A stretch of DNA of 64,000 nucleotides, taken from assembly GCA_964270895.1 (NCBI GenBank), contig OZ185438.1; one strand, 5' to 3'. The translations under genes and the position numbers were made by a program. This DNA is from Podarcis filfolensis (lineage: Eukaryota). Below, in pieces: positions 43,091 through 54,472 of the stretch. Under the pieces are notes generated by a model. The model was not told the DNA's origin. It saw only the letters and a program-made list of their open reading frames with translations, and did not search any database. Position 1 is the first letter of the stretch. Each line of letters begins with the position of its first letter.

Positions 43091-43903
43091 CTTTTCCTCA
43101 TGGTTGATGAGAATATAAAGTTATTTTAAAAGTTTGAATGAAAATAAGAAACGTTTTAAAGTAAAACAGAATATACAATATAGTTTCTATGATTCTTCAA
43201 ACATTTTTATTGAATTGTTTGCAGAGCTCGGTTAAGGAACAAAATCAGCTTTCTTTTAACATTGCAGTCAGATTCCCATAGTCTATTCTATAGACAAATA
43301 GGAAGGATTGGTCTGAAAAGTCTGTGTTAAAATGAGTAGCAGCACTGGAGGCATGTAATAGTGGAAGGCATAGAAGTTTGTGGTACACTGGAATACTAGC
43401 ACTCCAAAGTAAGATGCAAGGTTGTGCTGAATTGCTAGAGGTGTTTATTGCAATGTAAGATAAATCTTTTGTTTTATGTGGATTTCAGTTATGTGGTAAA
43501 ATTCTGCATTTTTATGGATAAATAACTAAATAACAGCAGGAAGAGATTATAGAGTGAAGCTAACATATAGCTAACTTTATGTTCTAGCCAAAGCTGCAAG
43601 TGGATTTATCCATAGATAATGAGAGTTAGCACGAGCCAATGATGCAATATAAGTGTTTGTATTAAACAGAAGACAGCTTTCAGAATAGGGTACTCAGTTG
43701 CCCTTTGTAGATGTTCTAAACTACTGAGCCCTAATATTGTGTAATATTGTGATAAAACAATAACACCAATACATACACTGTGCACCATTATTTACTGGAT
43801 TTTATGGTATTAAACATAGAATCTCAGCATTATTGTGTCTTTCAGTCCAATGAAAGACAGGTTTGAAGGCAGGTTGTCCTGATTTCAGCAAAATATGTCC
43901 TGA

Positions 43904-44191
<288 letters not shown>

Positions 44192-45669
44192 TAGTTCACA
44201 CTATGTTGATGCTGTTGTTGAGTGACTGACACATGACCATTGGTTGTTTTTTTAATTTTTGGTAAGAAATGAAGCAAAGAAGCCTGGCAGTTAAGTGTAA
44301 TTTGCCCTTCAGTTGTATTAAATGATGAGGATAAGAAGCTGGAGGTCATTGCTATATACACCTTCTTTTTTGCAAATTCAATTAGATAAAAATAGAATTA
44401 AAATGTAAATCGTGCAGTCATATTCATATGATCCCTGTTGTTTTCATAACTACTGTGGAAAGATTAGAAAATATAGTCACCAATTTTATTTTGAATTGAA
44501 AATAATGAATTTAGGTAACCACTCAAAAAATAACTATTAAAAGACCATTAAAATCCTGCAAAGTGAGGGGAAAGCCAATACTTCCCCACCCCCAGTGCTC
44601 TCTTACCCTTTTTTTTTAGTGAACTAGCAAATGGATTTAAAGACATCCAGTCTTTGTGGGACTTTGTGTTTCTGGCTGTGTCCCAGTTTCTGTTGTCATT
44701 GAGTGTTGTCAAAGCAGATGATTCTCCACTGAGCCCAATTTAAAACCAATGACCTGCTTTTATTCCAGCAAACTCATTTTATTGCTTCCCTTGAAGCCTG
44801 GGTGACTGAAATAACTTAAAGTATTATAGGAACCCAATTCATGGTACATGTGAGTTAACAGAATCCCTAGGGCCTGTGGATATTCTTGTATTTTATTTTC
44901 ATAATGAATTGATTCATGTACAGTTGTGGGGAATTTTCTCATATGATAAATTTATTGTCATATATTTTAATAATACAGAACAAATCTATGGACTGTCATC
45001 AGAGTCATCCAGGATGATCCAGGATATATGAACAAAAATTGCTTTTTCTTTTTGTGACATCTGTTTGCCTATATGCACAAAGCAAAGCAAGATAAATGGT
45101 TTTGCGTATCTTAATCAATTGCATCCATTTAAGACATGGATTTCATTTTTTGTTTTGGATGTGATGGCTGTCTTTCTTGGAGCTTAGTTAAATGTTTTGC
45201 AACAAGGAAACAGCTGCTTCATAAAATAATTTGTATTAGTGCTATCTTTAAAAATAGAAATTATCTACTTAAGATTTTTTTTATTGATAGTCTAAGCTAT
45301 TATAAATTTTCCTGTAAATACAAAATTTGATACAAACAATTTTTGCTATTTCGGTCTTTAAAAGTAATGAAATTAAATAGGAGGTGATCCTTGTTTATTT
45401 TCCTGAATTGTACACATCAATCAAACAAGAGTCTGTATCGAAGCACTGAAGCCAGGAGTATAAAGAAAGGCAAGGGGGACCTATGCAGGAGCACACCTCG
45501 TTAACAATATATTTGACTGATATTATGTCTAAAGTCTGGCAGATAGGGCCCATGCTGCTATAATCGTTCTGTTTTTAATTATTTTAACTGCTCTTAATTT
45601 GTGGGGGGTTGTTTTTTGGGTGGTTTGTTTTTACTGAGGGAGGGCAGGGGAGGAGCTGGAGAGGGCATC

Positions 45670-46228
45670 CCAATCATAGTGGTTCAGGGTAGGGAGAGAT
45701 ATGGTGTGGGAGGTGGGGAAGGCAGGGTAAGGGGCACATAGCACAGGCAATTAGTGACTGTGCCATGTGCCAGCCCCTCCTCAAACCTGAACAATTGCAG
45801 TTGTCCAACCAGCCAGCCCTTGAGTCTGCAGCTGCTGTTGCTGAATACCAGGTTAGCTCTAAATAACAGCTCACTCACCAATGAGTTGATTATGGATGAT
45901 GAGACCGATCTGTATCACTTTATCTGTGTCACTGAGACCCGGGTGAGTGAGCAGGGTGGAGTTGGTCTCACTCACCTGTGCTCATTTGGGTACTCTCCCT
46001 CTCTTGGGCGACGTTCTTGAGCTTATGGTCTTGGAGGGATCTAATTTTCTAGATCCATCTCAGTTGGTAAGAGCATTCTTCTTCTCCCAGACCTTTGATT
46101 AATTACAGCCTTTTAACCTGGGTTTTTCTTTCTTTTATTATGTTATGTGTTTTATATTATCAGCTGCCCTGTGATCCTCAAGTGAAGGGCAGTATAGAAA
46201 ATGAATGAATGAATGAATGAATGAATGA
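45670..46228 (+). mobile_element. Internally deleted L2: APE endonuclease N-terminus joined to an ORF2 end and 3' tail
   Basis: ORF 45754..46020 LLLLNTRLALNNSSLTNELIMDDETDLYHFICVTETRV resembles the APE N-terminal N...ETW motif. It is followed by ttcttctcccagacctttga, ctgccctgtgatcctc..gaagggcagtatagaaa and an (AATG)n tail. Confidence 0.65.
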
Positions 46229-46501
46229 CTTGAAGGGACAGGGCATAAACAACTCGGAATTTCAAAGTCCATTAACATGAAACTGTTGAAATCTGGTGAT
46301 AATGCTATCATCAAATTGTCCTATTGAACTATTAGTCTCTAGTCTTTTGAATTAACATGGCTAGGTAGACATACCCGAACCTTCTCACAATTGCCATTAC
46401 TTTCCGTTTAGTTAAAGAGGAAAGTTCACAGAGATAATTGTCATCTTCTACTGTATACTTTTGAAGAATTAACAAAGAGGATTGATTAGACTTGGAAGTT
46501 G

Positions 46502-46503
<2 letters not shown>

Positions 46504-46533
<30 letters not shown>
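46504..46533. repeat. (GT)n microsatellite
   Basis: Seen directly. Confidence 0.95.
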
Positions 46534-46535
<2 letters not shown>

Positions 46536-47312
46536 CAGCATACACATGGGAAATTGTATGCTTTTTCATAATTGGACTAGAAATGCCTTGTTAACTTGTT
46601 GATGGAGCATTGGTGCTCCTCAGTCCATGAAGTGAAAGCATCTATTAGAGCAGCAAACACTGAAAGGTCAAAAGAGCTCTTTCTTTAATATTGGGCCAAT
46701 GGAGTTCTTCTATTCAGTAAACATGCTTTTGATGTAATGATTTGTCATATTGAACAAAACCAGTAATTGTAGAACTATTGAAAATGCAGCAAAACAGATT
46801 TTAAGAAGGTGTTTTAAGTTCTTGAAACTTGTTATCATCCATTGCTGCATATGCTGCTTGATATTTCCACTTTTCCAGTTTCTTGAAGTCCTGATAGTAA
46901 TATCTCCAACATACCTTGGCTGTCCATCCCACCCCACCCCACTGCTTTCATTGAAAAATGCAATACCTTTGCAATTCCTTTCAGTTGTTATGAGCTCTTT
47001 TCCCATAGCCACAAGTATGCTATATTCATAGAGAAAAATACTGAAAAATGCCTATCACAACCATCAGCCAAGGTCTTGACTTTCTGTGCCAGTTATGCTT
47101 TCTGAGCTCAACTGTGTCTGTAGGTTTCACAGATAACATTGTTTGGTGGTGCCATTGAGCTACTCAGGGAAAGCAGAGGTGGGAATAGGGTTTTGTGTAG
47201 CAGATGTTTTCAAGGACAGTCTGAGTGGGTTAATAATGTCCAAAAAACAAAAAACAAAAAAACAAAGGTAATTCATCCCAGTCCATATCAGGTGCCCTAT
47301 GCCTGCAATTTA

Positions 47313-47594
47313 CCATATTTTTTGCTCTATAAGATGCACCCAACCATGAGATGCACCTAGTTTTTAGAGGAGGAAAACAAGAAAAAAAATACTCCGAATC
47401 AAATGTTGTTGAAGAGGCTTTGCGCGGCTATCCCTGAAGGCAGAACAGCAAGAGGGATTGCTGTACAGCAATCCCTCTTGCTGTTCTGGTGTTGGTGATA
47501 GCTGCGCAGCCTGCATTCGCTCCATAAGACGCACACTCATTTCCCCTTACTTTTTAGGAGGGAAAAAGTGTGTCTTATAGAGCGAAAAATACGG
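47313..47594. mobile_element. CCGTATTT-type MITE, same family as 15726-15984 in opposite orientation
   Basis: TA-CCATATTTTTTGCTCTATAAGATGCAC...GTCTTATAGAGCGAAAAATACGG-TA. The subterminal blocks are reverse complements of the 15.7-kb copy. Confidence 0.88.
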
Positions 47595-47892
47595 TAGTTT
47601 AAAAAGAAATCAATCACACAATTACTAACTGGGCAAATCAAAACTTGCTAATTATTCTGTTTTGATAAATCTGACCCTGGTCAAAACAACCTCCACCTCA
47701 ATTGTTAGGGAAAAGTAAATTAACTGCAGGGCCAAGTACACTTATCAGCCATTCCATAACGTATTCCATCTGAATAGAGCTTACAGGACACAGTTTAAGA
47801 GAACTTCTAGTCTAAGGTTTGTGTTGTTGTACATGAAGTACTGTGGTGCAATTGGCACACATTAACTAAACTGTTGTGTGTGTTTTCCTTAG

Positions 47893-47941
47893 ACATTTCA
47901 ACAATCCTCTCTACAGCATAAGTCTAAAAAGAAGAATAAAG
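47893..47941 (+). CDS. CNKSR2: CNKSR2 coding exon (exon 14 equivalent): TFQQSSLQHKSKKKNK(G)
   Basis: ttttccttag|ACATTT acceptor and AAG|gtaaat donor. 49 nt, phase 0/1. Confidence 0.95.
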
Positions 47942-48098
47942 GTAAATATTATGTAAAACAGTTTTCACCTTATAGGTCTGGTGAAAAATCAAACATAACT
48001 TTATACTGTGTAAACATTTTTGTCTGCATATATTTTAAACATGGCAATTCTAAAGCAGACACACTCCAATTTTCTAACAGTTAATGCTGCTATGTTCT

Positions 48099-48242
48099 GC
48101 TGGGATAGCTCAGTTGGTAGAGCATGAGTCTTTTAATCTCAGGATCTTGGGTTCAAGCCCCACATTGGGCAAAAGATTCCTGCATTGCATGGTTTGGACT
48201 AGATGACCCTCATGGTCCCTTCCAAATGCTATGATTCTATGA
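48099..48242 (+). mobile_element. tRNA-Lys-derived SINE with CR1 tail (Squam3-like)
   Basis: Head GGATAGCTCAGTTGGTAGAGCATGAGTCTTTTAATCTCAGG...GGTTCAAGCCC resembles tRNA-Lys(UUU). Tail GGACTAGATGACCCT...CCCTTCC...ATGATTCTATG is a CR1 3' end. Confidence 0.85.
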
Positions 48243-48366
48243 AACATTCATAATTTTCTCAGCGCATGTTGCCATTTCCTCCAATGGTCTTAATGACCTT
48301 AAGCCAGGGCATCTCCTATGAGAATTGTATGACCTTAACTAGGCCTTAACTCTGTTTTCCATCGGT

Positions 48367-48502
48367 CAGGCATAGGCAAACTCAGCCCTCCAGATGTTTT
48401 GAGACTACAATTCCCACCATCCCTGACCACTGGTCCTGTTAGCTAGGGATGATGGGAGTTGTAGTTCCAAAACATCTGGAGGGCCAAGTTTGCCTATGCC
48501 TG
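48367..48502. mobile_element. Short palindromic MITE, hAT-like termini
   Basis: CAGGCATAGGCAAACT...AGTTTGCCTATGCCTG termini, with nested inverted repeats (ccctccagatgttttg / caaaacatctggaggg). No clear 8-bp TSD. Confidence 0.75.
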
Positions 48503-48663
48503 ATCTAAGTAGTAGACTATGCTTTAGTCATAGCTACTTATTAGAATGGATGGAGAGAAGTTCCATCCCAAAAGAAACCTGAACCACAACAATGCATTCC
48601 AGCTCAGGACAGAAGTATTATATGGATACATGAATCATCTCTGACATCATCATGTTCTTCTAA

Positions 48664-48846
<183 letters not shown>

Positions 48847-50630
48847 TGACATGTTTGGTGTTCTTCTTCCAGATGGATGTGACTGCACTGAACAATATAG
48901 TCCAAAAACATGATATATGCATGTGGTGAAGAACCATATATAACTGCCCAAACTTGATTTGGTCATTACATGTGTAGGGTTTTGTTTTTGACTGTCTGTT
49001 TGTACTGGAGAGACAAACTACCTTTAATATTGGCTTTTCCCTTCGGCAGTGGAAACAAAAAGTGCAGTTCTGACACTGTGCACAGCTCTCTCCTGTCCAT
49101 GTTTTAAATTAGTGATTCCAAGAGCCATGCTACATATTGGTAACATAGGTTTTCTTCTTCTTCATTAAAACAAAGATAGCCTGGATACACTAAACATTCA
49201 CCACGCAGAAAAATTATATCAGCAGATGCTATGGCCCTGATTCAGAAGCCATACAATTTCAGGAGTTCCCCATATAAATGAAATGCTTCAGATACCAGCA
49301 TCCCATTACATACTCAATTTCTTTCTCATACAGTATAATGTGAATCCTACACTTACCTTGGATTCAGTATCAGTATTGTATGTCTCAGTCTCTGACATTG
49401 ATTGGTGGAACTGGTTTGATGGTGTGGAATGTAAAGCTGTGCAAGAGCTAAATAGTTTGTAGTGTATCTTTTGTGAGGGAATTGAGTATTGTTTGTTTGA
49501 CTGGAATTAGAACTCCACATGGGACAAAACTTAGGATGGAGGAAGATGTCACAAGAAACAGGCAATATAATGATTCCTGGAGGATGAAGAAAAGATGTAA
49601 AGAAAGCAGTTGACTGAGAAAGAAGAATCTGATAGAAATGTAGGTGAAAAGTGAGGCTTCAGTAAAAGAGCTAAGGAGGTAGAAAATTGAGACAAGAAGG
49701 AATTAATGAGAGCTCCGAAGAGCTCTTAGCAGTTAAGATGAGAAGTGAGAAGGAGGGGGGAGTGTTAGGATGTTGATTAAGATACAGGATGACTAACTGA
49801 ATTAAGACAAATTTGGGAGTGACCTAAGATCCTGAGGAAACTCTGGGTCATGGAGATACGTAGTTGAAAGAAGGAGGAAAATTAGGATCAGGGCAAAAGT
49901 ATACATAGAACCGGCAAGCACATGTGATTGAGCAGTATTGGCAGAAGGGCTGGGAAAAGGCAAGGAATAGAATAAAGGGGATACAGAAATGCTAGATCTG
50001 AAGTGTAGATGCTAGCAATAGAATTCTGGCAATTGTTGCTTTGGTTGCTATTGCAAAGTTCTGCTTTTGCAACCCCAAGGAAACAGTGAGGAAGAGACAG
50101 CAAGATAACAGTAACAAGAGTAGGCAACTAAATTTCCACATTTTTGGCCCAGTTCAAATGTAACAATTTTTACTCTGTGTACTCACACATTTGTTCATTC
50201 TTGCTAGGCTGTAGTTTGGCTTAGCATTTTGTACGAACCAGACCATTGTTTTAAACTAACCAGCCAGTTCTTTCAGCTGCAGACTTCTAGTGGATCCAGA
50301 TTGCATTGTGCGTCTAATACTAAGTTCTATCTTAAAAATTGCATGTTTAAGTTAATTGTGTATGCTTCTACTGTCTAAGTTATGTGAATTGCCCCAAAAG
50401 AGAAATGGTTGAAGACTTGGTTTAAGTTGTTCTTTAAATTAATTATTTTTAAAGTGATGTTTTCACCTTTCTGGCAAGATGCTTCCATTAATTTTTGTGG
50501 AAGTTTTAATGAAGCAATAAATCAGAAATTGTTATATTGTGACAAGAGATAGTTTAGTATGCTTGTATTTGTTTTCTTTTTGATTGGCTTCTGGTTTTGC
50601 TCTTGTTCTTTAATCTGTTCATCTTCATAG

Positions 50631-50704
50631 GATGAAAAAGCAGAGGGATTCATCAGTCTGCCAGAGTTTAAAATTGATAGAGCTAGTGAATGTCGCAAGA
50701 AGTA
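50631..50704 (+). CDS. CNKSR2: CNKSR2 coding exon (exon 16 equivalent), PH domain: DEKAEGFISLPEFKIDRASECRKK(Y)
   Basis: atcttcatag|GATGAA acceptor and GTA|gtaagt donor. 74 nt, phase 0/2. Confidence 0.96.
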
Positions 50705-51117
50705 GTAAGTACTAGAACAATATTCAAAAATAGTTAAAACTGTAAACGTTGAAACAAACATAATTTTGATAAAATGTTCCATTATTGATGCCTTTGTCTG
50801 GTAGTATTTATCTTTGTGGAAATTCAATCACTACTGCTACTGCTAATTAATATATATTATCATTTGCTACTTTAGATACTCACCAAGTTCATTCCTGGTA
50901 TTTAGGAATAGGTGTTTAGGAATGGCTGCTCACCCCCTTCTCAGGTAGACTGTGGTTGCAGACCTCACTTCCATCCACCATCCCTAGCAGCTAAGGCCCA
51001 GTGTGTCTTGGCAGCCCTTAGGGGAATTCCCCAGCCAGCAGAATAAAGGAGCAGGGATTCCTTGCCAAAATGCTAGCTTTGAATCGGCCAATAGGAGGCC
51101 CTGCCAGATGGGCAGTA

Positions 51118-51359
51118 GAGTGGTACCTTGGGTTACAAATGCTTCGGGTTACAAACGCTTCAGGTTACAGACTCCGCTAACCCGGAAGTAGTACCTCAGG
51201 TTAAGAACTTTACCTCAGGATGAGAACAGAAATCATGCAGTGGTGGTGCAGCAGCAGTGGGAGGCCCCATTAGCTAAAGTGGTACCTCAGGTTAAGAATG
51301 GTTTCAGGTTAAGAACAGACCTCCAGAACGAATTAAGTTCTTAACCAGAGGTACCACTG
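51118..51359. mobile_element. Tc1/mariner (Tigger/pogo-like) MITE, same family as 7996-8221 in opposite orientation
   Basis: TA-(G)AGTGGTACCTTGGGTTAC...GAGGTACCACTG-TA. The interior is the reverse complement of the 8-kb copy (gaggccccattagctaaagtgg, ttaagaac motifs). Confidence 0.88.
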
Positions 51360-52134
51360 TACATTGCTAGCTGGCTGGGCGTTGGCTGTGGGCTATGCCT
51401 GGTCACCCAGCAATACATAGGACATAAATTTTTTTTGTTGATGTTCTTGGTTACTGTTTTTGAGGCTTGGATAGTTCACCTTTACTTTTAACTGATTATA
51501 TTTTCATAATACATTTTAATTCTTAATATGTGATAAAGCAAAATTCACTTTTTCTAAACTAATGTTGACTTCAATTTGGAAAAAAATATATAAGATAATT
51601 AATAGTAGAATACACAAGAATGTCATTTGGGCATCCAGCCAAATCTTTCACAAAGCTGTAACTTGGTATGGATGCCAACCTTTATGTGCAGTTCAGTGCC
51701 TGTTTAGATTAATAGTGGATTGTGCCAGTGTAATACCCTGCGGTCTAGAATGTAGATCTGATGTTTCAAATGTTGACAGTAATGCTTTTTATAGTTGGTT
51801 GAGAGGGAAAGGACCTATGAAGTACCTCATTACTGTGAATAACTTCATGATTACAAGTTCAACAGCTTGGCAGAAATTAAGACACATTTGCTTTTTCTGT
51901 TCAACTATTGAGTTTTAAAGTTGAAAGTAAAGCCAGAAACACTGTAGTATGAAAAATCATAGGGACTTCCTGTGAAGTATAATTTGGCTAAATGATATTA
52001 TATCCAGAAACTTTTATGATATATTTGCCTACTAAATACAAGTGCCCCAGTAAATAAACTGCTTCATATTTATCAAAAGTATACTCAGTCAAGATAGTGT
52101 TTAACTTGACACCATGTTCAGATAGATTTAATTA

Positions 52135-52217
52135 GGGTGTAATCCTATCCACACTTACATAGGATTAAATACAACTCAGTGGAGCTTACCTCCACATAGA
52201 CATACATAGGATTACAT
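52135..52217. repeat. Short palindromic interspersed repeat (..TGTAATCCTAT...ATAGGATTACA..)
   Basis: Terminal inverted arms tgtaatcctat / ataggattaca. Related decayed copies lie near 20715-20800, 30483-30560 and 35960-36025. Confidence 0.55.
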
Positions 52218-52350
52218 GCTTACTGTATCTTTTCACACAAGTATATCCCAAAATGTGTATAAAGTGCAAATGTTCTTGATTTCAGAGTAGAATTGAAACA
52301 TATACAAAATATAGATGATATACAGTGTGCCCAAAAAGTAGGTATACAGT

Positions 52351-52372
52351 CAATCAATCAATCAATCAATCA
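52351..52372. repeat. (CAAT)n microsatellite
   Basis: caatcaatcaatcaatcaatca seen directly. Confidence 0.9.
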
Positions 52373-52504
52373 AGGATTATTTTTCTTTACTGATACTGAT
52401 GAATGATGAGAACTTGAGTCAAGGACAAAGAAAGTGGATTCTAAAGCAGTATACCTACTTTTGGGCCAGCCTTTTAATACTGAAAAATAATGTTGTATAC
52501 TTAA

Positions 52505-52651
<147 letters not shown>

Positions 52652-52780
52652 TGAGTATTTTTGGTATTTTTATAGTATTCACCACTTTCTTTTATCAGTC
52701 CAAAAGGCCAATGAAAAATTTATTCCCTGAATGTGAGTAATAGAAGAGAAATATATTTTTAAAATTGTTTTAATTGGTAT

Positions 52781-52972
52781 GTGTGGTGAAGTGGTTAGAG
52801 TGTTGGGAGTTCAGGGTTCAAATCCCCACTCAGTCATGAAACTTAGCGCTTAGGCAAGTCACAGTCTCTCAGCCCAACCTACGTCACAGGGTTGTTGTAA
52901 GGATAAACTTTGGAGGAAGAGAGCCATGTATGCCACCTTGAGCTCGTTGGAGGAATGGTGGGATATAAATGT
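52781..52972 (+). mobile_element. Older MIR-like/L2-tailed SINE
   Basis: gtgtggtgaagtggttagagtgttgg...gggttcaaatccccactcag...ggcaagtcac...tctcagcc...cacagggttgttgtaaggataaa...ggtgggatataaat. Confidence 0.7.
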
Positions 52973-53173
52973 TATATCCCCAAATGTGAAGTATACAATG
53001 AGGGGATAACATTGGAGAGGAGCTAGTGGAGGGTAAAAGGTGGCTTTTGCTAGGATTTTGGGAAGTGAGTGGATTTGGCAAAGGAGAAGGGGTGACTTTG
53101 GCAATGAGTAATGGGAAGGGTGACTTTGGGGGGAGTAGAGAAAGCTGGTGAGTGAAGCAGTGCATCCGTGTTT

Positions 53174-53195
53174 GTGTGTGTGTGTGTGTGTGTGT
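53174..53195. repeat. (GT)n microsatellite
   Basis: Seen directly. Confidence 0.9.
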
Positions 53196-53905
53196 CACAC
53201 ACACAGTGACACTGATCCAGCAAAGATCAGTTTCTAAGCATGGATTATTTCCTCTGGAAAAACAAGAAGCTGCTATCAGTGTAAACATCTGTTGAATGCT
53301 CTGATTAATTCTCCTGCCTGGTTCTGGTCTTAATCCAGATGAAGTGTTCGATATAGTTAGCCAGTTAAGAGCAATTTAAAAGAGCCCAAACTACCTTCAA
53401 CTATTTTGGAACTTAAATCAATTTCATTTTTATCAAAGTGAAAATATATTAAGACAAATCAGTCCATAGAGGGTACTGTGCCCCAGTTTCAATTTTCTCT
53501 GGCATTTCTTCTTCAAAAATTGCTTACAATTTTTCAGTGTTTCCTGAGTACACTGCATATATATATTTCAAGTACTGGATCACATAAGTGCTTATACACA
53601 CTAATTGTTCATGAAGTACAACTGGCCCATAAATATGTTGTTTTCCGCGATGGGGTTCAGTTAGCATTATTTACAGTGAACATCATAGTATTTATTATTT
53701 CCAAACGTTCAGTCACTCTGGAATGTCTTTTGGGGCTCTGATACACGCATTCATACACATGTAGCTAAACAATTATGTGGGGATAGAATGAACAGCATAA
53801 GCAGTGGCTGTGCTTGAGTGCTAGGAATGCTAGTGAAGACAGGTACACAGAATATTCCTGGCTCTTAAAAAGAACAATTTGTGTACATCAGAGCTCTGAA
53901 GAGTA

Positions 53906-54472
53906 CCGTATTTTTCGCCCTATAGGACGCAATTTCCCCCCTCCAAAAATGAAGGGGAAATGTGTGTGCGTCCTATGGGGCAAATGCAGGCTTTCGCTGA
54001 AGCCTGGAGAGCGAGAGGGGTCGGTGCGCACCGACCCCTCTCGCTCTCCAGGCTTCGCGCAGCTCTCCACAAGCCATGGGAGCCCACGCTGGGCTCCCAC
54101 GGCTTGCGGACAGTTGCCTGCATGCTGAAGCCTGAGTGCGCTGAGCTCAGCGCACCCAGACTTCGCGCAGCTCTCCGCAAAGCGCGGGAGCCCGACGCTG
54201 GGCTCCTGCGGCTTGTGGAGAGTTGCCTGCATGCTGAAGCCTGGGCGCGCTGAGCTCAGTGCGCCCAGGCTTCGAGCTTCACGCAGCTCTCCGCAAGCCG
54301 TGGGAGCCCGACGCCTGGCTCCCACGGCTTGCGGAGAGTTGCCTGTTCTGGGGGGCTGGGGTCGGGGGAAGCTCAGGCCTGGGGGAGGGGAATAATTCCC
54401 CCCATTTATTTCCCCCCCAAAAAACTAGGTGCGCCTTATGGGACGGTGCGTCCTATAGGTCGAAAAATACGG
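53906..54472. mobile_element. CCGTATTT-type MITE (related subfamily) carrying a GC-rich tandem hairpin array
   Basis: TA-CCGTATTTTTCGCCCTATAGGACGCA...TGCGTCCTATAGGTCGAAAAATACGG-TG. It has the same subterminal blocks (ggggaaatgtgtgtgcgtc; aaaactaggtgcg) as the 15.7-kb copy. Confidence 0.87.

Noticed and set aside
48099-48170. tRNA-Lys(UUU)-like sequence
   Set aside because: The acceptor stem does not pair and the sequence runs directly into a CR1-type tail, so it is a SINE head rather than a tRNA gene.
53999-54346. CRISPR-like repeat/spacer appearance
   Set aside because: The DNA is eukaryotic, the units are about 110-128 bp, the inserts are palindromic and two are near-identical, and there are no cas genes.
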